A DNA stretch of 64,000 nucleotides. It comes from Alphaproteobacteria bacterium (GTDB lineage Bacteria; Pseudomonadota; Alphaproteobacteria; Paracaedibacterales; CAITNM01). Below the pieces are notes generated by a model. The model was not told the origin of the DNA. It made no database searches and saw nothing but the letters and a program-made list of their open reading frames with translations. Below, piece by piece: positions 1 to 9,112 of this stretch (the stretch's first letter is position 1; each line of letters begins with the position of its first letter). The DNA lies in contig CANKYV010000004.1 of the NCBI GenBank assembly GCA_947487955.1, positions 14,892 through 78,891 on the forward strand, read 5' to 3'. Position numbers and translations under genes: made by a program.

Positions 1-758
1 ACCTTACTATACAGCTTGTCCAAGGAAGCTCACCTGCAGCAAATATTACAGCAACAGGTGCAATTTCTTTACCTGAGACGCTTAAAATCCTATGGATTAA
101 AGGTGATGCTAGAGGATTTGATACGCTTGTCTCAAGTGGTCGTCAATATGCTTTACCAACTCCTGCTGCTGGTACTCTTATTCGCTTTTCACTAACGCAT
201 GCCCCTGAAACATCTCCTCTTGCATGGTTTCAAGGCGATCTTCCTAATGGTTGTGGAGTAGCAATTGAGCCTAATTCTGCAGATCCTTTTATCAATGCAA
301 CATTCCCCAAAAATGGTGGCACCATATTTATAGGTTCTCGTATAACACCTGCAATTGGATTCTCTGATTTGCTTGGCAATGCAAACGGCACAGTAAATAT
401 CCAAAGGCATCCTGATTTGAATGTAAAATTAGCCTATAGAGCACCTTTAACGCTTCTTGAACCTACAACATTCCCTTATGCTGTGGAGGGAACAAGCATG
501 GATTGGATTGGTGAAGCAATAAATCCAGGCGATCCCTGTAAAGTTACGTTTGAAAAAAATGCATCACTTGTTGATCCTTCAGAAGCATCTGGTAATGCAG
601 GGTATTTCGTTGTAGCTCACCGATCACTTCAGTTGTATGCTGCTGATCCTAACGAGCGTCCATTAGCTGGTATCAAGTCACGATGGGCAGCAGGAGGCAC
701 GTCCAGCACAAAAGTTGCCCCTTCATCACCTACATTAACCATTCCAAAATTCGGTTAA
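1..758 (+). CDS. 5'-truncated member of a tandem family of secreted hypothetical proteins (paralog 1 of 3)
   Basis: Frame open from base 3 (LTIQLVQG...LPETLKILWIKGD...YALPTPAAGTLIRFSLT...WFQG...IQRHP...) to the stop at 758; same motifs as 1175..2143 and 2293..3369. Confidence 0.85.
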   Translation, partial: LTIQLVQGSSPAANITATGAISLPETLKILWIKGDARGFDTLVSSGRQYALPTPAAGTLIRFSLTHAPETSPLAWFQGDLPNGCGVAIEPNSADPFINATFPKNGGTIFIGSRITPAIGFSDLLGNANGTVNIQRHPDLNVKLAYRAPLTLLEPTTFPYAVEGTSMDWIGEAINPGDPCKVTFEKNASLVDPSEASGNAGYFVVAHRSLQLYAADPNERPLAGIKSRWAAGGTSSTKVAPSSPTLTIPKFG

Positions 759-997
759 AAACCCATATAATAAAAAATCCTCCACTGAGTAGTAGTGGGG
801 GATTTTTAATACTTATTTCACACTTTTCAAAAAATAAGAATAAAAATATTTATTTAAATATTAATTGTCTGTTCCAAAATTCAATTAGAACACTCCTATA
901 ATAAAAAATCCTCCACCGAGCAGTAGTGGAGGATTTTTAATACTTATTTCACACTTTTCAAAAAATAAGAATAAAAATATTTATTTAAATATTAATT
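741..997 (+). repeat. Tandem duplication (period ~130 bp) of the gene's last codons, terminator and AT-rich spacer
   Basis: 766-866 and 897-997 are nearly identical; preceded by att cca aaa ttc ggt taa (741) and gtt cca aaa ttc aat tag (871). Confidence 0.9.
772..807 (+). terminator. Intrinsic terminator hairpin (second copy at 903-938)
   Basis: aaaaatcctccac...gtgggggattttt; copy 2 aaaaatcctccac...gtggaggattttt. Confidence 0.75.
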
Positions 998-1174
998 ACA
1001 TTTCTTAAATAATAATTAACTATTGATTGGTATAAATACAAGTATTAAGCATTTATATAATGAAACAATACTTCATTGTGTTCTGCTTTACAGCAAGAAA
1101 CCGTACATAAGTCATTATTCCAGACCATTCTTGTTGAACTTGGTGACAACTTAAAATATTAGGGAGATTCTAAT

Positions 1175-2143
1175 ATGAATAAACAATTAAAGTTATTAGC
1201 TATAGCAGCTATATTTGCGTCATACCTTGAAGCTGCAACTATATATGAGCCCGGGCCAGAAGGCAGCGAGATGCGAATTGATACAATTCGTCTAGGTAGT
1301 GCCGGAGGTTTCAATGGTTTCGTATCCCCTTCTGCTAGCGTAAAAGCGCTTTACATTAATCTTATGCCATCAGGTGGAACAGTTGAATCGAATACAAGTA
1401 GAACTTTTTCCGCTTATGATGGAACAGGTACTATGCCTTACTTACCAAGCACAGTAAAAGACGTATACATACAAGGTGATGCTACTGACTGGGCAACGCT
1501 TGTTTTGGGTAACTCAGCTCACACTATGTATGGTCCTACGCTTGCTCCAAGCGCTTATGGTTTACCAACGCCTGCTAGTGGAACAACTGTTCACTTCAAG
1601 CTCACTCACCGCCCTTCAGTTATGCCAGAGCTTTGGTTCCAAGGAGATTTGCTTGCTAAATCTAGAGTAGTAATAGAACCTGGCTATCAAGATCCTTATC
1701 TTGCAACTGTTCTCCCAAAGAACGGTGGCAACATTATTCTTGGGGCTCCAGTAGAAACAGAAGCTGGATTCTCAACTGCACTAAATAATTGTGTAGGAGC
1801 AGTCACTATTCAAAGACATCCTAAAGTAGCAATTACTGACGCTGCTACAGAAGCTGTTCTAACACTGGGCGAAGACACAGTATTCCCTTGCTCAATATAT
1901 GGAATCAGCATGGCTGGTGCTTATGATACTACCTTCAATAAAAATGCTTACCTGGTTGACCCAGCTAGTGATTTTGCAAATGCACATGTTTCTATAGGTA
2001 ACTGTGAACTTGAAGTTTTTGCTTCAGCACGAGACCTTCCTGCGTTTGCAGATATATCTACTGCAGCGGGTAGTATTTCTAAATTTGAGAAAGCTAGTAA
2101 AGCTAAAGCATTACCTACACTTGTCCCAGCTCTTAAAGCATAA
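1175..2143 (+). CDS. Secreted hypothetical protein, paralog 2 of 3
   Basis: Signal peptide MNKQLKLLAIAAIFASYLEA; shared motifs GGFNGF, LPTPA.GT, WFQ, IQRHP, LVDP; RBS gggag. Confidence 0.85.
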   Translation: MNKQLKLLAIAAIFASYLEAATIYEPGPEGSEMRIDTIRLGSAGGFNGFVSPSASVKALYINLMPSGGTVESNTSRTFSAYDGTGTMPYLPSTVKDVYIQGDATDWATLVLGNSAHTMYGPTLAPSAYGLPTPASGTTVHFKLTHRPSVMPELWFQGDLLAKSRVVIEPGYQDPYLATVLPKNGGNIILGAPVETEAGFSTALNNCVGAVTIQRHPKVAITDAATEAVLTLGEDTVFPCSIYGISMAGAYDTTFNKNAYLVDPASDFANAHVSIGNCELEVFASARDLPAFADISTAAGSISKFEKASKAKALPTLVPALKA

Positions 2144-2149
2144 AATCTT

Positions 2150-2186
2150 TTCACCTTTTCGCTTTGCTTTTAAGCGAAGAGGTGAA
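2150..2186 (+). terminator. Stem-loop after paralog 2
   Basis: ttcaccttttcgctt...aagcgaagaggtgaa. Confidence 0.55.
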
Positions 2187-2292
2187 CCCTATTGTCTATA
2201 AAATACCTTTGAATACAACACATTATATTAATTGTTCAACTTAATTATTTATTAAATATTTTTCCTTATAAAGGTTATTAAGAGTTGCTTAC

Positions 2293-3369
2293 ATGAATAT
2301 TCATGGTTGCTACTTCACTGCAGCACTAGAGTGTCCACGCAAATTACCAAAGCAAATCTTTAAGCAGCACCTTAAGAACCAAGGAGATTTCATTATGATT
2401 AAACAGTTAAGATATGTATTGCTTTTCATTGCAATCATTGGTTTACAACTTGACGCTGCAACAAAATATACTCCAGGGATAGAAGCTGATGGGAAAAGAA
2501 TGGATAGCATATTGATGGGAAGCGAAGGTGGCTTTAATGGTTTTACACAGCCCAGTAACCGTTGCACAGAACTTTATATTAATTTAGGGGTATCCAACTC
2601 ACAACCAGCACCTAATAACATTCCAACCAATAGTTACAGAGGCTCAGGAACACCCCCTTCTCTACCATCTACCCTTAAACATCTCTATATTTACGGTAAT
2701 GCTTCGTATTTTGATACTCTTGTTTTAGGGAATACACTTTCTGGTCCAGATGCACCTATTTACCCAGCAGTAGCTTATGCTTTACCAACGCCTGCTCGTG
2801 GCACCGTCATTCATTTTTCCTTAACTCAACCACCTGCTAGTAGCCCTCTTACTTGGTTTCAAAGCCCTCTTCCTGCGAATTGTACGCTTGTTATTGAAAT
2901 TGGCTCCGCGGATCCTTACACTATCACCATGCTACCACTTGCTGGAGGCCATCTTGTTATTGGCTCTAATGTAAATTTCGCCTCTGGCTTTTCTAGTCTA
3001 CTTGGCAGCGCAACAAAGCCTGTAGTTATTCAAAGGCATCCAGAAGTAGATGCGAATGATGCCTATTTACACGCGGTGGCTACTTTAGAAGAAAATACGA
3101 CCTTTAGATGGGCTGTTTGGGGAATTAGTTTGAATGGAGCGTATTCTTCAACATTTGATGTGAATTCTGAAATTATTGACCCTGCAGAGGATGCGGCTAA
3201 TGCAGGGATTGCAATTGCTTCTGGGGAAAAACTCTCTATTTACAGTCATGACCACAGGACATTACCTGAGATTCAGTCCTATATGGGATCTGGAGGAGAT
3301 TTTACCTCTGGTGTATTTATTACAAAACAACCTGCTGCTTTACCGGTGAAATCTGTAAAGCCTTCTTAA
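2293..3369 (+). CDS. Secreted hypothetical protein, paralog 3 of 3 (true start probably ATG 2395, MIKQLRY)
   Basis: aaggag RBS before 2395; signal peptide; same family motifs. Confidence 0.85.
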   Translation: MNIHGCYFTAALECPRKLPKQIFKQHLKNQGDFIMIKQLRYVLLFIAIIGLQLDAATKYTPGIEADGKRMDSILMGSEGGFNGFTQPSNRCTELYINLGVSNSQPAPNNIPTNSYRGSGTPPSLPSTLKHLYIYGNASYFDTLVLGNTLSGPDAPIYPAVAYALPTPARGTVIHFSLTQPPASSPLTWFQSPLPANCTLVIEIGSADPYTITMLPLAGGHLVIGSNVNFASGFSSLLGSATKPVVIQRHPEVDANDAYLHAVATLEENTTFRWAVWGISLNGAYSSTFDVNSEIIDPAEDAANAGIAIASGEKLSIYSHDHRTLPEIQSYMGSGGDFTSGVFITKQPAALPVKSVKPS

Positions 3370-3466
3370 AGCCTTCTTAAAGCCTTCTTCTTACAAGTAG
3401 TAAGCCTTAGATTCTTACTCTCTCGCTCTTTTTTTTACGAACGGGAGAGGTTTTTTATTGAAAGAT

Positions 3467-3727
3467 TTAATTCTTCTCTTTTCTTTTCGAAGCTACTTTT
3501 TCGTATTGTCTGAGAGTCTTTGCCAAAGAAATTCCCAGAGCTTTGCATATCTTTAAGATAATAAATAAGCTTGGGTTACGTTTTTTATTTTCAATAAGAC
3601 TAATTGTAGAGCGGTCGATACGTGTACGCTCAGCTAAGCTTCTATGGGACATTCCAAGTTCTTTTCGCCTTTTCGCGATTTCATCAAGAACATAAAATAC
3701 AATTTGAATTTCAATGTTATCTTTCAT
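3467..3727 (-). CDS. XRE-family helix-turn-helix transcriptional regulator
   Basis: RRKELGMSHRSLAERTRIDRSTISLIENKKRNPSL HTH_3-like pattern. Confidence 0.9.
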   Translation of the reverse strand: MKDNIEIQIVFYVLDEIAKRRKELGMSHRSLAERTRIDRSTISLIENKKRNPSLFIILKICKALGISLAKTLRQYEKVASKRKEKN

Positions 3728-3894
3728 AGCAAAAGGAATTATGCAGTAATATAACTAAGATAAATACGTGACAATAGTCAGTATATAAAATAGATTGTTC
3801 GTAATTCATTAATAGATTTTTTTACAACTTTTAGTCTTTTTAACGAGCATACGAATATTTTTATTTCTTCACCTCAAAAATCAGAGAGAATATT

Positions 3895-5130
3895 CTAAGA
3901 AGGCTTTCTTGAATTTTTTATTTTTTTCACACCAACTAACTTGGCTTTTGTAAAAATTTTCTCGACAAATAATGCAAACGCACCATTGCCCATTACGTTA
4001 TGAAATGTACCAAAAGGATCATGCAACACGTATAAGGTAGTAATGAGACTTACCATTTCTGATGAAAATCCTAAATGTTCTTTAAGCACTGGCAACACCA
4101 CAAGCAGGCTAGCTCCGGCAATTCCAACGCAAGCAAGTTTGGCAATACAAAATCCAACTATATAAGGAAGGAATTCAGTAAAACTTGGAAGCGGCGCTCC
4201 ACTTACCATGATTAAGGTTAAAGCGGTTAAAGTAATGGTGATATCATCGCCTAGCATATGCATGTTAGAGGCAGTGGGAATAACCATACGCGCCAAGGTT
4301 GGATGTTTAACATTATTTTCCGTGCACTCTAAAGTTACCGGCATTGTAACTGCTCCGGACATTGTGGAAAATCCAGTAATACCTGCAGGAAGCATGTTTA
4401 AAATTAATGTTTTTAGAGGCTTATAGCCGATGCTGACAAGCTTATAAAAAGCGAGTACGTAACAAAAACTTACCACCACGTTGAGAGCAAAAATGGTAAG
4501 GTATTCGGTGTATAAAAATGTGAGAGTACCTTCGCTGCTCATTTTTAGCATGAACCCCAACACGTAGAGGGGCAGTATAGGCAGAAAAGCTTTTTTCAAA
4601 AACGTCACAATTATTGCTTGGATTTTATGAATCAGCCTAATGAAGCTGCTAGTGGCTTGAATTTTTCCTTTAGCCTTAACGCAAAAAAATGCGATGATGA
4701 ATGCGCTTAAAGCTACGAAATCAGTGCGAATTCCGTGTTTAAAAGGTAGGCGGAAATATGGATGAACTGATGATGAAATTTCAGTTAACCCTATGTGCAC
4801 AGCCAGATGAGGGATCACTACACTTCCTATTCCGTAGGCGAAACACAAAGCCACTGCGTTTGAAAGACAAATCAGACCAAGCAGAGAAAACACCAGTACG
4901 GGACCTTTTTCTTCGGCAGCGATTAGCGCGTTGAACATGTAGGAAAAGATCATTAACGGCAAAAGAAAGAGTATGCAATCGATGAAAAATAGGCTGAGGG
5001 TATAGGCACCGCGCACGAATTCTTGGGGCAGCATTCTTCCAAAAAGGCTTGCCAAAAGAATGCAGAGCAACAGTTGAAATGGGGTTGAGCGTAAAAGCGA
5101 GCTCAGGGATGATTTAGATGATCTGCTCAT
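3895..5130 (-). CDS. Dicarboxylate/amino acid:cation symporter (DAACS) family
   Basis: Multi-TM protein; FSTMSGAVTMP, NMHMLGD and DPFGTFHNVMGN motifs. Confidence 0.85.
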   Translation of the reverse strand: MSRSSKSSLSSLLRSTPFQLLLCILLASLFGRMLPQEFVRGAYTLSLFFIDCILFLLPLMIFSYMFNALIAAEEKGPVLVFSLLGLICLSNAVALCFAYGIGSVVIPHLAVHIGLTEISSSVHPYFRLPFKHGIRTDFVALSAFIIAFFCVKAKGKIQATSSFIRLIHKIQAIIVTFLKKAFLPILPLYVLGFMLKMSSEGTLTFLYTEYLTIFALNVVVSFCYVLAFYKLVSIGYKPLKTLILNMLPAGITGFSTMSGAVTMPVTLECTENNVKHPTLARMVIPTASNMHMLGDDITITLTALTLIMVSGAPLPSFTEFLPYIVGFCIAKLACVGIAGASLLVVLPVLKEHLGFSSEMVSLITTLYVLHDPFGTFHNVMGNGAFALFVEKIFTKAKLVGVKKIKNSRKPS

Positions 5131-5197
5131 TGTTTAAATATAACATAAGCTGGAGAATGGAGCAATTTAGAGAAACTCTAATGACAAAGACAGCAAC

Positions 5198-5227
5198 AAA
5201 AAAAATAGGAGCACGAAGCTCCTATTT
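5198..5227 (-). terminator. Intrinsic terminator of the NHL gene
   Basis: aaataggagc-acgaa-gctcctattt with a T-run on the minus strand. Confidence 0.7.
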
Positions 5228-5252
5228 AATTGCAGACTAATAATTGAAGTAC

Positions 5253-7163
5253 TTAGCTTACCGAAGTTACCGTGACATCATGTGCCCAAGTTGCACCAGC
5301 ACCAAGATCTACCGATGATCCAGACTGCATAAGCACGTCACCAACAAGAGCTACGTCGTTGTCTGTTGGGATAACAATAGTTGGATGAGCTGAGTTCATC
5401 GTCGCGTCACTATTATAATAAATATATCGTGTCCAACCAAATGCAAACCCGCCGGGATTAAAAAAGGTAAGATTCACACCTCCATAATTTCTATGCTGAT
5501 CAGACGTGTCTGTAGTAAACCAAATACTAAAAGGACCATTGGTTTCACCAGCAACCGCTGTACCATTATCAAACCCAGTCAACCCCGACGGCCAAGCAAG
5601 TACATTAGACCCTGACTTAAAATACCCATCATTAACATCAAAATCATAAGTAAGTGTTTGCGATAAAACATCCCCCACCTTTTTTCCAGCATCCACCACA
5701 ACAGTTCCCCCAGCATCCACCGTTAGTGCCTTAGAAACTTGACCACTAGTAAGTCTTAACTGTACACCGTTAGCAATTTTAAGAGGAGCAACCGGGGTTT
5801 TACCGCCATTTACGTGCATTTCTCCATGGTTCATGTTGATACCACCTGCTGTATTTGAACTTAGATCAGATGTTACATCAACCACATTATTTCTATCACT
5901 TTCAATTGAGAGTATTCCGGGACCAGCAATCTCGTTAAGGCTAACACTATCAGTAGTATGTACATCTAGAATACCATCCTGATCCATGGCTACAGGAGGA
6001 AGGACAAACCCTTCTGTGACAATCACATCACCACCATCTAGGTGCACAAACCGACCACTCATTATTGGTGCGCTTGAGCTTATTGACATTTTACCTTTAT
6101 TTACCCATACGTCATTGGTTGCTGAACCATCAAAAGTACACACATCACTGTCGCTTGCACCAACAAACTTAATACTACCTGTAACTGGTGCTGAAAGTTC
6201 TGCACCGTTTGTAAAATCTACTGTAAGAAAAGGAAAAGAGAATTTACGAACCACGTTAGCATTACCTTCTGTTACATAAAGATTCATATCTTCATCTGCA
6301 CAAAGACCTTGAGGCCTATTTAAGCCACTAATAAGGGAAATAAGAGTCTTACTACCGGCATGTACCATTGAAATTGATCCACTATTTGCTTCCGAAATAT
6401 AGATATTATCCTGTACATCGACACAAACTCCGTATGGATTATTTAAACCTATAATAAAATTGGAATCATATGTGGAACTTAAAAAATCATACCTTCCAAT
6501 TGTTCCCCCACTACCACCGTGAGGATCGGCAACATATACATTACCCGATGAATCAACGCATATTGCTTTAGGATTAGAAGCCCCAGTGATTAGATTAGCG
6601 ACATTTATACTACCATCTGCATTGTACTTATCAACACGTGCAGGAAAATTTGCACCTATATAGAGTTTATTGCTTTGGTCAATACCAATGGTTTGCGCAA
6701 AAATTCCCGAGATAAAACTAGCGTTATATGTGTGAGCAGTTGCATTATAAAAGCCTACTTGCAAATTACCTTGATCTGCCACATAGATGTTATCACTTGC
6801 GTCTACACAAACACCTTGCGGATTATTTAATCCACTAATAAGAGTGGAAATTATGCCATTCGTATCAACTTTTCGAATAGCATTATTTGTATTATCAACA
6901 ATATACAAGTTACCAATGGAATCTCGCGCGACAGCATAGGGATTTGCTAATTTTGCAGCAGTAGCAGACCCTCCATCACCCGAGTAACCTGAAATACTAT
7001 CACCTGCAATAATTTCATTTTCATAACTTGCTTCAATGCCCGTAGATAATCCTAGCTGAATCACAATAGCTACAGTCCATATCGATACGGTTTTAATCCT
7101 CTTTTTTATAAAATCCCTTCTCATATTTTTACTCCATGTAAGATAATAATAATATCTTGCCAA
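5253..7163 (-). CDS. Secreted NHL-repeat beta-propeller protein with a beta-rich C-terminal region
   Basis: GYSGDGGSATAAKLANPYAVARDSIGNLYIVD and repeated LNNP.GVCVD...NIYV units; signal-like segment. Confidence 0.85.
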   Translation of the reverse strand: MARYYYYLTWSKNMRRDFIKKRIKTVSIWTVAIVIQLGLSTGIEASYENEIIAGDSISGYSGDGGSATAAKLANPYAVARDSIGNLYIVDNTNNAIRKVDTNGIISTLISGLNNPQGVCVDASDNIYVADQGNLQVGFYNATAHTYNASFISGIFAQTIGIDQSNKLYIGANFPARVDKYNADGSINVANLITGASNPKAICVDSSGNVYVADPHGGSGGTIGRYDFLSSTYDSNFIIGLNNPYGVCVDVQDNIYISEANSGSISMVHAGSKTLISLISGLNRPQGLCADEDMNLYVTEGNANVVRKFSFPFLTVDFTNGAELSAPVTGSIKFVGASDSDVCTFDGSATNDVWVNKGKMSISSSAPIMSGRFVHLDGGDVIVTEGFVLPPVAMDQDGILDVHTTDSVSLNEIAGPGILSIESDRNNVVDVTSDLSSNTAGGINMNHGEMHVNGGKTPVAPLKIANGVQLRLTSGQVSKALTVDAGGTVVVDAGKKVGDVLSQTLTYDFDVNDGYFKSGSNVLAWPSGLTGFDNGTAVAGETNGPFSIWFTTDTSDQHRNYGGVNLTFFNPGGFAFGWTRYIYYNSDATMNSAHPTIVIPTDNDVALVGDVLMQSGSSVDLGAGATWAHDVTVTSVS

Positions 7164-7349
7164 AAAGTAATTAAATTATTATTAATAATTTTTTAATTAT
7201 TTATTAATGATATTTAAAATTTATTAAGTGTTTTATTATAGCTTTTAAAGAAAAGTTTAAAAAGCAATCAAAGATATGGGCAAAAAAATTAGGGGCTTTT
7301 TTGAGTTTGGAGTAATACTGATTTTATTAAAAATTTCAAAAAATTTTGT

Positions 7350-8675
7350 ATGTATCAAGCTGCACTAAATACTCTAGTTCCTCCTTTAAAAAGAAAGACG
7401 CTTTTATTATTAATTAAGCCTCTTTTCAACACTACTATAGAAAAATACTTCGCACAAAAAGAAGAAAAGAATCACCAAAGTTGGGAACATACAGCACGAC
7501 CGGAGCAACGCGAACCAACCCATCAACCATGGAATACGTGGCTAATTTTAGCAGGGCGTGGATTTGGCAAAACACGCACTGGCGCTGAAACGGTGTGGAG
7601 CTGGATTAGAGATACTCGCTATAAGCACATTGCGTTGATTGGCCAAACAATTATTGAAGCACGCCAAGTGATGGTTGAAGGTGAAAGCGGATTGCTTAGC
7701 GTTATTCCAAAAGGTGCACTTAAAAAATATCATAAAGGTGATGGCTTACTTGAATTTCATAATGGTGCGCAGGTGCGTATATATAGTGCGGATAGATATG
7801 AACGTTTGCGAGGCCCTCAGTTTGATGCAGCGTGGGTTGATGAGCTAGCAAAATTTAAAAATACAGAAGCATTTTGGGAACAGCTAAGTTTATGTTTGCG
7901 CTTGGGAAATGACCCGAAATGTATTGTCACAACAACGCCGCGTCGAAATTCGGTGCTTACTCAACTAATAAATGATGATGCTTGCGTGGTAACACGTGGA
8001 TCTACTTTTGATAATGCGGCAAATTTAGCACCGGGGTTTTTGAAAAATTTAAATAAGCAATTTGCAGGCACAAGGCTTGAGGCCCAAGAAATTTATGCGC
8101 AAATGTTGGATGAAACAGAGGGGGCATTGTGGGCACCTGATAAAATTGTTTATGAAAAACCACCCAATGAAGATTGGCGACGGATTATTATAGCGGTTGA
8201 CCCGGCAGAAACACATGCTGAAACTAGCGATGAAACGGGCATTATAGTGATGGGGTATCACAGTAATGGGCAGGCATATGTGCTAGAAGATGCTACACAT
8301 AAGGCGCCACCATCGCAGTGGATACGAAAAATAGTGGAACTGTATGAGAAATATGAAGCCGACCGGGTGGTGGCTGAAGTAAATAAAGGTGGTGATATGG
8401 TTAAAGATTTACTGTTGGCGTGCAGTTCGCATATTAGTTACAAGGGGGTGCGAGCAACGCGAGGTAAAATGATTCGAGCCGAACCGATTGTGAGTCTATA
8501 TGAGCAAGGTAAAGTTAAGCATGTTCAACCCCTACCCCAACTAGAAGCGCAGTTATGTGCGTGGGTACCAGAAGTTTCAAATAAATCTCCTGATCGTTTA
8601 GATGCGTTGGTTTGGGGGTTAACGGACTTATTCTTATCAAACGAAGCGCGACATCAGTATAAGGTTTGGGTGTAG
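7350..8675 (+). CDS. Terminase large subunit, gene-transfer-agent/phage type
   Basis: Walker A LAGRGFGKT, RLRGPQF...WVDE Walker B, TTTPR, nuclease AVDPA and SPDRLDALVW. Confidence 0.92.
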   Translation: MYQAALNTLVPPLKRKTLLLLIKPLFNTTIEKYFAQKEEKNHQSWEHTARPEQREPTHQPWNTWLILAGRGFGKTRTGAETVWSWIRDTRYKHIALIGQTIIEARQVMVEGESGLLSVIPKGALKKYHKGDGLLEFHNGAQVRIYSADRYERLRGPQFDAAWVDELAKFKNTEAFWEQLSLCLRLGNDPKCIVTTTPRRNSVLTQLINDDACVVTRGSTFDNAANLAPGFLKNLNKQFAGTRLEAQEIYAQMLDETEGALWAPDKIVYEKPPNEDWRRIIIAVDPAETHAETSDETGIIVMGYHSNGQAYVLEDATHKAPPSQWIRKIVELYEKYEADRVVAEVNKGGDMVKDLLLACSSHISYKGVRATRGKMIRAEPIVSLYEQGKVKHVQPLPQLEAQLCAWVPEVSNKSPDRLDALVWGLTDLFLSNEARHQYKVWV

Positions 8676-8755
8676 ACCAAGGAATAAAAGAAGAATATTT
8701 TTAATGTTTTGGGAATTCTATAAGAAATGTTGCCTTAGGGGCATGTACTTCTTTA

Positions 8756-9046
8756 TTAGTAATCCCAGTTTTCTCCAGGCATTGGTTGCCGAGGATAATA
8801 CCTATTCATGTGAAATTCTAAAATTTTAGCAGCCTGCAGTCCTTCCTCTGATTTCCCGTATTCCACTGCTTTTTGAACCAAAGCTTTAGTAATTTCTTCT
8901 TGATTTTGCTGAAGTTTTGGATCGTGGTTTTGAGAATCATTTGATGAAGATCTACTCCGTTCTTTTTCTATTTGCTCTGCTTCCATTGCAAAGAGAGCAG
9001 GTAAAGAAATTAGTAAGACCACTTTTAAAATGCTTTTTGTTATCAT
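8756..9046 (-). CDS. Small secreted hypothetical protein
   Basis: Signal peptide ending LFA-ME. Confidence 0.7.
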   Translation of the reverse strand: MITKSILKVVLLISLPALFAMEAEQIEKERSRSSSNDSQNHDPKLQQNQEEITKALVQKAVEYGKSEEGLQAAKILEFHMNRYYPRQPMPGENWDY

Positions 9047-9112
9047 TTTTCACTCTCTACATGCTATTTCTATTAGCAATTTATATAATTAACCTTTCTT
9101 TGTCTAGAAAAA

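Noticed and set aside
7182-7196. TTAA-N7-TTAA CtrA-like site upstream of the terminase
   Set aside because: It lies in nearly pure AT sequence where chance matches are expected.
7350-8675. Prophage
   Set aside because: No other phage structural, replication or integration genes are recognisable.
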